Positions 8,045 to 15,075 of a DNA stretch of 24,000 nucleotides are shown here, piece after piece; the stretch's first letter is position 1, and each line of letters begins with the position of its first letter. Below the pieces are notes generated by a model, which was not told the origin of the DNA, did not search any database, and saw only the letters and a list, made by a program, of their open reading frames with translations. The stretch spans positions 1 through 24,000 of the forward strand of contig CAZLUZ010000018.1 in assembly GCA_964562825.1 (NCBI GenBank). Direction: 5' to 3'. This DNA is from an uncultured Akkermansia sp. GTDB taxonomy: Bacteria; Verrucomicrobiota; Verrucomicrobiia; Verrucomicrobiales; DEV007. The translations under genes were made by a program, and so were the position numbers.

Positions 8045-9075
8045 GAGATGCTTGCCGGTTCAATGGGGGTGCCCGCCGGATGCGGGGTGGGGTGGACATA
8101 AACCGTACCATTGGCGATACGGACGTCGAAAGTGGGAATTTTTTCGGTGAAAGGTGCCGGGGACGTTCCATCCTCGGGGCGATACTGATAACCATGCCAG
8201 GGGCAGGTCAGGCATCCGTGAATGAATTTTCCCTCGGCGAGGGGGCCATTCTGGTGCTGACAGACTCCCGAGACAGCCGAGACCTTTCCCTCGTACTTCA
8301 CCACCGCCACCTTCTCCCCGCCGAGCACCACTCCGTGGGCCGCGTTTTCCGGGATGTCGGCCACCGCGCAGACTTCGACGAATCCGTCCTCGGTGGGATG
8401 ATTCGCGAGGGGACGGTCCCGGGGAAACTCGCGAAATCCGGCGGTGAGGTGGAGGCCGGCGATGGCGAGGAAGCCCGCGATGAGCAGGCCGGTGTAGAGG
8501 GGGTGCGTCTCGGACTGGAGCACCCCGAAAGCGACGTGAACGACCAGCAGCGCATAGGCCACATACACACCCATGTGCAGCGATTTCCACACCGGTGCGG
8601 TCAGGTTGGCCAGCCAGAAATCATGGCTCGTCGCCGCCATGGTGAAGAGGATGAGGAGGGCGAAAAAGCCAAAGGCCTGGAAGGGGAAGGCGCTCATGGT
8701 TGCGCCCGCATCCGTCGTGAAAATGGTCAGGATGGGGTTCGAGTCCGATCCGACGTGGTAGGTGATGACGGCAAGGGCGGAGTGAAAGAAAGCCAGGAGG
8801 AACATGGTCACCCCGAGGTGGCGCCGATTGTAGAGGATGGGCAGCCACCTGCGGTCCAGCCGAGCCAGGGGCCCCACCATGAGGATGAAGTGCAGGAGGA
8901 TGATCGCGCCCGAACCGAAGGCGCGGATCAGCATGATCTCTATGGTGGCGGAGGGACTGATCGCGAGACTGATTCCGGTGAAGAGGGCGACGTAGAGGAT
9001 GGCGGCGACAGCCAGCCAGAGATCGAAGCGCAGCTTGAAGGGATTCCATCCCACGGCTTTGTAGGAAACACTCAT
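8041..9075 (-). CDS. Ferric-reductase-like six-TM (heme b type) domain fused to a C-terminal Rieske [2Fe-2S] domain
   Basis: Six hydrophobic helices, with paired His in helices 3 and 5 (RRHLGVTMFLLAFFH; HMGVYVAYALLVVH), as in the FRD/NOX/MsrQ family. The C-terminus carries both Rieske boxes: CQHQNGPL (about 8241-8265) and CPWHGYQY (about 8190-8213). Confidence 0.8.
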   Translation of the reverse strand: MSVSYKAVGWNPFKLRFDLWLAVAAILYVALFTGISLAISPSATIEIMLIRAFGSGAIILLHFILMVGPLARLDRRWLPILYNRRHLGVTMFLLAFFHSALAVITYHVGSDSNPILTIFTTDAGATMSAFPFQAFGFFALLILFTMAATSHDFWLANLTAPVWKSLHMGVYVAYALLVVHVAFGVLQSETHPLYTGLLIAGFLAIAGLHLTAGFREFPRDRPLANHPTEDGFVEVCAVADIPENAAHGVVLGGEKVAVVKYEGKVSAVSGVCQHQNGPLAEGKFIHGCLTCPWHGYQYRPEDGTSPAPFTEKIPTFDVRIANGTVYVHPTPHPAGTPIEPASIS

Positions 9076-9215
9076 GAGGGATCTTGAAGAGGGATGGGCA
9101 GATTCTGCGTGGGAAAGCGGGGCCGGTTCAGGATCGCGTAGCCGATCGCAAAGGCGATCACGATGGTGAGCACGAACCAGAGGGTGAGGTGTCTCTTGCG
9201 GTGGTAGCGTTGCAT
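9072..9215 (-). CDS. Small single-TM protein, 47 aa (not in the supplied ORF track)
   Basis: My own translation of the minus strand gives ATG at 9215 -> MQRYHRKRHLTLWFVLTIVIAFAIGYAILNRPRFPTQNLPIPLQDPS-stop. It has a basic N-terminus and one hydrophobic helix. It starts 4 nt after the stop of the 84-aa gene, and its TGA overlaps the ATG of the Rieske/FRD gene (ATGA at 9072-9075), so it exactly fills the gap. Confidence 0.45.
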   Translation of the reverse strand: MQRYHRKRHLTLWFVLTIVIAFAIGYAILNRPRFPTQNLPIPLQDPS

Positions 9216-9219
9216 GGGA

Positions 9220-9474
9220 TCAGGGTCTGGAATTCGCGATCCGACGGTGCCGAGACTTTTCCTCAGGGGGCGTTTCCCGGCTGACCCACCGTTTCAGGAG
9301 CAGAGGCCAGAAGATCGCCGCGCCGGGAATGATGATGAGTCGGAAGCTCCAGGTGCCCGACTTCGCCGATGGATCGATGGCGCCGGCTCCACCGAAGCAG
9401 GAGAAGACGATGGCGAAAAGCAAGCCGAGGAGCAGGTAGATGCCGAGGAGGGATAGAAAGATCTCAAGTAGCAT
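9220..9474 (-). CDS. Small two-TM membrane protein, 84 aa
   Basis: MLLEIFLSLLGIYLLLGLLFAIVFSCF... and ...FRLIIIPGAAIFWPLLLKRW form two hydrophobic helices. Start is set at ATG 9474, which overlaps the malic-enzyme 3' end by 11 nt. The longer track version (start 9600) would run about 135 nt into the malic enzyme gene. Confidence 0.55.
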   Translation of the reverse strand: MLLEIFLSLLGIYLLLGLLFAIVFSCFGGAGAIDPSAKSGTWSFRLIIIPGAAIFWPLLLKRWVSRETPPEEKSRHRRIANSRP

Positions 9475-10669
9475 GGTTCGAGGGAGTTTGCCCGCCATCG
9501 CCACTGGCGGCCTGACAGACGGCTCGGGCCACGATGGGAGCGATGGTGGAATCGAGCGGGGAGGGGACAATCCGTTCCGGAGACGGTTCCGCCACCGCAT
9601 CGGCCAGCGCGCGGGCCGCGGCGATCTTCATCTCGGGCGTGATGCGCGGCGCCTGGGCGTCGAGCGCGCCCCGAAAGATTCCGGGGAAGGCGAGCACGTT
9701 GTTCACCTGATTGGGGAAATCGCTGCGTCCGGTGCCGAGCACCGCGGCACCCCCGGCCCTGGCTGCTTCGGGCATGATTTCGGGGATCGGGTTGGCCATC
9801 GCCAGGATGATGGAATCCGGGGCCATCCGGCGGATATCTTCGGTGCGGAGGATGTCGCCTACGCTGACTCCGACGAAGACGTCAGCTTCGTGAAGCACCT
9901 CCGAAAGACTGCCTTTGCGGTTTGATGGGTTGGTGTACCCGAGGAGGTCGCGCTTCCGGGGGTTCAGGTCTTCCCGGTCGCGGTGGATGGCGCCCCGGCT
10001 GTCGCAGATGATCACGTCCGCCACGGGTGTGCAGGTGTCCGCAGACTGGTCGATGCATCGGAGCAGTTTCGCGATGGCGGTTCCGGCCGCGCCTGCTCCG
10101 TTGATGACCACCCTCAGATTTTCCACGGGTTTGCCCACGACCCGAGCCGCGTTGAGCATGGCGGCGAGGAGCACAATAGCGGTGCCGTGCTGGTCGTCGT
10201 GGAAGACCGGGATGCCCAGATCCTGGAGTCTCTCCTCCACCTCGAAGCACCGGGGTGCCGAGATATCCTCCAGGTTGATTCCGCCGAACACCGGCGCGAT
10301 CCGGCGAACCGTATCCACGACCTCATCGGCGTCCTGGGTGTCGAGGCAGATGGGAAAAGCGTCGATGTTGGCGTATTGCTTGAAAAGCAGGGCCTTCCCC
10401 TCCATCACCGGAATAGCCGCGTAAGGTCCGATGTTGCCCAGGCCGAGAACGGCCGAACCGTCACTGACCACGGCGACGGCATTTCGCTTGATCGTCAGAT
10501 CGCGCACCTTTTCGGGATGTCTCGCGATCTCCTCACAGGGCCTCGCCACCCCAGGGGTGTAGGCGATGGAGAGATCGTCGATGGTTTCGACGGGAAGTTT
10601 CGGAGTCACCGAGATTTTGCCTCGGAGCTGTTCGTGAATGAGCAGGGAGCGTTCGCCAAAATCCATCAT
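9464..10669 (-). CDS. NAD(P)-dependent malic enzyme (short prokaryotic form, oxaloacetate-decarboxylating malate dehydrogenase)
   Basis: Family-typical blocks run throughout: LSIAYTPGVARPC, VVSDGSAVLGLGNIGPYAAIPVMEGKALLFK, FGGINLEDISAPRCFEVE, VFHDDQHGTAIV, INGAGAAGTAI, LAMANPIPEI, NNVLAFPGIFRGALD. Confidence 0.93.
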   Translation of the reverse strand: MMDFGERSLLIHEQLRGKISVTPKLPVETIDDLSIAYTPGVARPCEEIARHPEKVRDLTIKRNAVAVVSDGSAVLGLGNIGPYAAIPVMEGKALLFKQYANIDAFPICLDTQDADEVVDTVRRIAPVFGGINLEDISAPRCFEVEERLQDLGIPVFHDDQHGTAIVLLAAMLNAARVVGKPVENLRVVINGAGAAGTAIAKLLRCIDQSADTCTPVADVIICDSRGAIHRDREDLNPRKRDLLGYTNPSNRKGSLSEVLHEADVFVGVSVGDILRTEDIRRMAPDSIILAMANPIPEIMPEAARAGGAAVLGTGRSDFPNQVNNVLAFPGIFRGALDAQAPRITPEMKIAAARALADAVAEPSPERIVPSPLDSTIAPIVARAVCQAASGDGGQTPSNHAT

Positions 10670-10684
10670 CTACAGAGTGCAAGG

Positions 10685-12664
10685 TTACACGAGGAGAGCA
10701 TCTGTCATCACCTCGATGGTGGCGGGGCCGGGATAGTCCCGGCAGACGGCGAGCGCCTCATCCAGCTGCTGGCGTTCCGAGACTCGAATCCCTTTACCGC
10801 CGCAGAGATTCACGTAGTCCGCAAAGTTCGGATTGTGCAGCCCGGTCTTCCAGACCTCGAAGTGTCCCGCCCGCTGTTCTTTCGAAATTTTGCCCAATTC
10901 ACCGTTGTGCATGAGGATGTGGGTAATGTTCATCCCGTATTTCACCGCGGTGAGGACTTCCATCATGTATTGGGCGAACCCGCCATCCCCGGTCACCGCC
11001 CAGACGGGTCGTCCGGCATAAGCGGGATCGTCCTCCTGGGTGGCGGCCCACGCGCCCATCGCCGCCGGGTATCCGAACCCGATCGATCCCAGGTAACCGG
11101 ACATGAGGACCGCCTGCCGGTCGCTGCTCTCGAAGTAGCGCCCGAAGGAGTAAGTGTTGTTGCCCACGTCGACGGCGATGATGGCATCCTCCTGGCACTG
11201 ACGGGTCATCGCGTCGAACAGGGCGGCGGCACTGATCCCTTTACCGGAGTCGTCGGGGATGCGGCTGGCCTTTTCCTTTCTCCAGATTTCCCAGCGACGG
11301 GCTACCTCCTCGCGTATCCCGGGACGCGGCACCGCGTTGGGAAAACGTTGCCCGAGGATGTCCAGGGTCCGGCCGATCTCCCCGAGAACGGGCAGATCGA
11401 CGGAGTGGAACTTGCCCAGTTGCATGGGATCGAAATCGATCTGAATCGTCGGCATGTAGCTGGCGATGCCGGTGTGGTTGGAAAAGGATGCGCCGATGGC
11501 GATGATGAGGTCGCACTCATTCATGAACCAGCTGGCGATCGGTGTCCCCGACCGTCCCAGAACGCCACAACCCAGCGGATGCGAATCCGAGATCAGGCCT
11601 TTTCCCTTGAAGGTGGTGAGCACAGGAATTTCGAGTCTTTCGGCGAACCGGATGATGGACTCCATGTGAAATCGTGCTCCGTGCCCTACGATGATGATGG
11701 GCCGTTGCGCCTCTCGGATGCGGTTTTCCGCCGCGGCTATGCTGGCCTCCGACGGGGCCACCGAGAGGTCGGCGAGGCGTCCGTCGGGGTGGCCGGGCTT
11801 GCCCTCCGTATTCTCGATTTCCTGAACCTCATTGGGGAGCACGAGGGTCACCGGGTTCCGGGTGAGGAGCGCGTTCTTGAGAGCCAGCGACATCAGTTCG
11901 CCGTGGCGGGAATCCGCGTAGACGGTGTGGTTGAAGGCCGAGACATCCTCGAAAGCGTTGGCCAGGTCGATCTCCTGGAAAGCCCCCGGTCCGAGCACCT
12001 GGGTGTCGATCTGTCCCGACAGCGCGAGGAGTGGCGCCCGATCCACTTTCGCGTCGTAAAGGCCGGTCATCAGGTTGGTTGCTCCGGGGCCCGCGATGGA
12101 GAAACAGGCGGCCGGTCTGCCGGTCAGTTTGGCGTAGGCGGAGCAGGCAAAGGATGCGGCTCCCTCGTGCCGGATGCCGTAAAACCGAAGGTTGCCCTGC
12201 TCCTCCTGGACCCGCAGCGCATCGGCCATGCCCAGGTTGGAGTGGCCCACCATGCCGAAGACCTGCCTGACCCCCCAATTCACCATGGTCTCGGCGAGGA
12301 CATCCGAGTTGGTCCGAGCCCTCTCGGGTTCCGGTTCCAGACCGACATAGATGCCGTCCTCCCGCTCCTCGACAGGATAGGTGATGAGACGGTCGTCGTG
12401 CCCGCCGGGCGACTGACCGGTGAGAGGATCAAAATCCCAACCGTGCCAGGGACAACGCAGCCAGCAACGACCCTCCGCCCCATCCTCGATCGAACCCTCG
12501 CCGAGCGGACCACCCTGGTGGGGGCAGGCGTTATCGAGCGCGCCGTACCGGCCCTGGTATTTGGAAAGGGCTATGGTGCGGGTGCCCGCGGAGATGGTGG
12601 TCACCCGTCTCTCCTCCAATCCGGGAGGGTCGAGGACTTTGTGCCAGACGAGTGCTTCGCTCAT
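10685..12664 (-). CDS. Rieske [2Fe-2S] domain fused to a thiamine-pyrophosphate enzyme of the pyruvate oxidase / acetolactate synthase superfamily
   Basis: N-terminal Rieske boxes CPHQGGPL (about 12504-12536) and CPWHGWDF (about 12431-12470). A three-domain TPP enzyme follows: Pyr domain VFGMVGHSNLGMADAL...IRHEGAASFACSAYAKLTG...GPGATNL, a middle domain IIIVGHGARF...TTFKGKG, and PP domain GSIGFGYPAAMGA...VTGDGGFAQYMMEVLTAVKYGMNITHILMHNGELGKI. The substrate is not deducible by eye. Confidence 0.85.
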   Translation of the reverse strand: MSEALVWHKVLDPPGLEERRVTTISAGTRTIALSKYQGRYGALDNACPHQGGPLGEGSIEDGAEGRCWLRCPWHGWDFDPLTGQSPGGHDDRLITYPVEEREDGIYVGLEPEPERARTNSDVLAETMVNWGVRQVFGMVGHSNLGMADALRVQEEQGNLRFYGIRHEGAASFACSAYAKLTGRPAACFSIAGPGATNLMTGLYDAKVDRAPLLALSGQIDTQVLGPGAFQEIDLANAFEDVSAFNHTVYADSRHGELMSLALKNALLTRNPVTLVLPNEVQEIENTEGKPGHPDGRLADLSVAPSEASIAAAENRIREAQRPIIIVGHGARFHMESIIRFAERLEIPVLTTFKGKGLISDSHPLGCGVLGRSGTPIASWFMNECDLIIAIGASFSNHTGIASYMPTIQIDFDPMQLGKFHSVDLPVLGEIGRTLDILGQRFPNAVPRPGIREEVARRWEIWRKEKASRIPDDSGKGISAAALFDAMTRQCQEDAIIAVDVGNNTYSFGRYFESSDRQAVLMSGYLGSIGFGYPAAMGAWAATQEDDPAYAGRPVWAVTGDGGFAQYMMEVLTAVKYGMNITHILMHNGELGKISKEQRAGHFEVWKTGLHNPNFADYVNLCGGKGIRVSERQQLDEALAVCRDYPGPATIEVMTDALLV

Positions 12665-12739
12665 GATGGGTAATGGGATGTCTTGGACACGCTCCGCCGA
12701 GGAAGCGCTCTTCCCGGTAGGCTTTCGGTAGAAGTCGGA

Positions 12740-13129
12740 TCAGGAAGGGTCCAATCGGGCAACCGCGAGAGGCGTGTTGAAACGCGTGCACCAGATCCAG
12801 ACCTCGTTGAACCTTGCGGGATCGAGGCCGGAAGGTAAAGCATAAGTCTGTTTCCCCGTGTTTTTCTCGAGTTTGCCGAGCCGGGATTTTTTGTCGTAGC
12901 CGTCCTTGCCGAGGGCGACGACCGGGGCAGGGGCGCCGTCGAAGAAGAAGTCTCCGGCGAAAGTCAACCGATAGGAACCGCTCTCCTCCTTCTCGATAGA
13001 GACGGTGCCACGGGCCTCGTGGTCGGAGCGGCCCTCCAAGTTCCCGGATCGGGTGTCCTGAGCAGAGCCGAATGACGTCGCGGCCAGAGCCGCGGTTGCG
13101 ATGATGGTGAGAAGGAGGGAGTTTTGCAT
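12740..13129 (-). CDS. Secreted DM13 domain protein (putative electron-transfer DM13 family)
   Basis: Signal-peptide-like N-terminus MQNSLLLTIIATAALAATSFGSAQD. The body matches the DM13 pattern (H..RG.V.I......Y.L.F...F....GP.. V.L, then LGKL....G.Q.Y.LP, then NEVWIWCTRFNTPLAVARL). Confidence 0.75.
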   Translation of the reverse strand: MQNSLLLTIIATAALAATSFGSAQDTRSGNLEGRSDHEARGTVSIEKEESGSYRLTFAGDFFFDGAPAPVVALGKDGYDKKSRLGKLEKNTGKQTYALPSGLDPARFNEVWIWCTRFNTPLAVARLDPS

Positions 13130-13164
13130 GGCGACGGTAAACGTCGCTTTCTCCCGGCCCTTCT

Positions 13165-14277
13165 TTACAGGGTTGCTGGAAAAATTTCTCCGCTTTCCTC
13201 GATTTCCTGGTGCAACCGGAGTTGGCCGCAGGCGGCATCGATGTCGTGTCCCTTCTCCCGGCGCAGGGTGGCGGGGATGCCCGCCTCTTTGAGGATGTCG
13301 AGGAATGCCTGTTGGACGCGGGGTTCCGGTCGATTCCAGGGCAGTCCCTCCACCGCGTTGTAGGGGATCAGGTTCACCTTGGCTTCCACCGCCCGGCAGC
13401 GGGATGCCAGGAGTCGGGCCTGCTCCGGCGCGTCATTGATGCCCTCGATAAGAATGTATTCGAAGGTGATCTTCTGCTTTCGCTTCGCCCGCCACACTTC
13501 GAGCGCGGCGAAGAGGCGTTCCAGGGGGTATTTTCGATTCACCGGCATGATGCGCTCCCGGACCTCGTCACTCGCCCCATGCAGCGAGACGGCCAGCCGG
13601 ACCTGGAGGGGGTTGTCGGCCAGTTTTTCGATCGCGGGGGCCAGCCCGCTGGTCGATATCGTCATGCGACGCGCCCCGATCTCCATTCCCCAGGGAGCGT
13701 TGAGAATCTCGAGAGCGCGAGAGAGGTTCTTCAGGTTGGCGAGCGGTTCTCCCATGCCCATGAACACGATGTTCTGCACCGATTCGCCACTTTCGGCTTC
13801 CACGGTGAGAACCTGGGACACGATCTCGGCGGTCGTGAGGTTGCGGGTCAGCCCGGCTAGTCCGGAGGCGCAGAATTTGCAGTCGAAGGCGCACCCCACC
13901 TGGCTCGAAACGCAGAGCGTGCGCCGGTCGCTCTTCTCGCCGAATAGTGCCTCGGAGGCCGGGATGAGAACGGTCTCGATGAGTCTTCCATCCCGGAGTC
14001 GGAAAAGGAATTTTCGGGTGGTGTCGCGGGACCCCACGACGCGCACGGTCTGGAGGTAGCCGACATCAAAGCGGTCCCCGAGCCATTTTCGAAGAGGGTG
14101 ACTCAGATTGGTCATCGCCCCGAACGCTCTGGCCCTCTTGCGGTAGATCCACTCGACGATCTGCCTGGCGCGGAAGGCCGGGTGACCCTCCGCCTGGAGT
14201 TGTTCCGTCCAGTCGTTCAGCGTGAGACCGGTCGCAGTCTGGCGGTTGGATTCGCTGGGGAGGGAGGAGGGCGGCAT
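13165..14277 (-). CDS. rlmN: 23S rRNA/tRNA (adenine-C2)-methyltransferase RlmN, radical SAM
   Basis: FRARQIVEWIY N-terminal domain, radical-SAM cluster CVSSQVGCAFDCKFCASG, FMGMGEPLAN, conserved C-terminal DIDAACGQL. The start may be ATG 14277 (MPPSS...) or the track start 14307. Confidence 0.93.
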   Translation of the reverse strand: MPPSSLPSESNRQTATGLTLNDWTEQLQAEGHPAFRARQIVEWIYRKRARAFGAMTNLSHPLRKWLGDRFDVGYLQTVRVVGSRDTTRKFLFRLRDGRLIETVLIPASEALFGEKSDRRTLCVSSQVGCAFDCKFCASGLAGLTRNLTTAEIVSQVLTVEAESGESVQNIVFMGMGEPLANLKNLSRALEILNAPWGMEIGARRMTISTSGLAPAIEKLADNPLQVRLAVSLHGASDEVRERIMPVNRKYPLERLFAALEVWRAKRKQKITFEYILIEGINDAPEQARLLASRCRAVEAKVNLIPYNAVEGLPWNRPEPRVQQAFLDILKEAGIPATLRREKGHDIDAACGQLRLHQEIEESGEIFPATL

Positions 14278-14501
14278 GATGCGGCGTGGAGCGAGGGAAC
14301 AAACCATGATTTGACAAAGTTCGCAGGCAGAATTCCCTTGAATCGATGGCCCGATCCCCGTCGCCGCTCGTCACCGTTTTCCGCGGGGGCTTTTTCTATC
14401 TCTCTCGGACGGCCGATGTCTTTCCAGGGGAGGCGGCGGAAGTCGCGATCGGGGGAGATGGAAGAGGGGACGCGCTCTCGGCGCTGGGCAAGTGATCGCC
14501 G

Positions 14502-14978
14502 GTGGAGATGGGATTGTTCGGTAAACTCCTGCTGGTGTTCGTCACGGTTCCGCTTCTGGAGTTTGTTCTCTTCTGGAAGATCGGGAATCTGATCGGCATT
14601 CCCGCCACGATCGCGATCATCATTTTTACGGGTTTTCTCGGGGCGTGGCTGACCAGGCTGCAGGGATTGCGCACCCTGCACCGCTACCAAAAGACCCTTT
14701 CCGAGGGACGGATGCCTCACCGTGAGGTGGTGGATGGACTGCTCATCTTGCTGGCTGGGGCGGTCCTGTTGACCCCGGGGTTTCTCACCGATGCGGTGGG
14801 TTTTTCCCTCCTCGTTCCCCCGATTCGCACCGCGGTGCGCAAAAGGGTCGTCGAACAGCTGCGGAAGCGCATCCGGATCGACGGGGTCGAGGTCGTGCCC
14901 GGGGAGGAGGCGGAACGGAAAGACTCCGGAGTTATCAATGTGGAGTCCGAGGTAATCGACGAGAAAGGGAAACCGTGA
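14502..14978 (+). CDS. fxsA: FxsA family inner-membrane protein
   Basis: LLLVFVTVPLLEFVLFWKIGNLIG, TGFLGAWLTRLQG and LLTPGFLTDAVGFSLLVPPIR match the FxsA/UPF0716 signature. The start is GTG 14502 or ATG 14508. Confidence 0.85.
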   Translation: MEMGLFGKLLLVFVTVPLLEFVLFWKIGNLIGIPATIAIIIFTGFLGAWLTRLQGLRTLHRYQKTLSEGRMPHREVVDGLLILLAGAVLLTPGFLTDAVGFSLLVPPIRTAVRKRVVEQLRKRIRIDGVEVVPGEEAERKDSGVINVESEVIDEKGKP

Positions 14979-15075
14979 AAGGACAGGGAACGGGGTTGAG
15001 GCCTTGTCTCCTCGGGGTATGGAGAAACTGGAGCGAGGATTCGGGTTTCTTGATTTGCTAGTTGGATTTTTGACC

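Noticed and set aside
8080-9087. 335-aa plus-strand ORF
   Set aside because: It is antisense to the FRD::Rieske gene. It is very acidic and Gly-rich with no motif, whereas the sense frame gives six clean TM helices and both Rieske boxes.
9983-12673. 896-aa plus-strand ORF spanning nearly 2.7 kb
   Set aside because: It is entirely antisense to the malic enzyme and Rieske::TPP genes, both of which have unmistakable family motifs. Its translation is G/R/D/H/V-rich with no recognisable motif. Long stop-free antisense frames are expected when the sense strand has strong G/C third-position bias.
14311-14339. Perfect TTGACA hexamer in the rlmN/fxsA divergent region
   Set aside because: No acceptable -10 hexamer lies at 16-18 nt spacing; the best candidate, CAGAAT, is only 11 nt away. 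The promoter consensus for this lineage is also uncertain.
14987-15009. GGAAC-N14-GTCT upstream of the ECF sigma gene, resembling an ECF-type autoregulatory promoter
   Set aside because: The spacer is shorter than the usual 16-17 nt and the -10-like element is weak. In GC-rich DNA such a motif is easy to find by chance.
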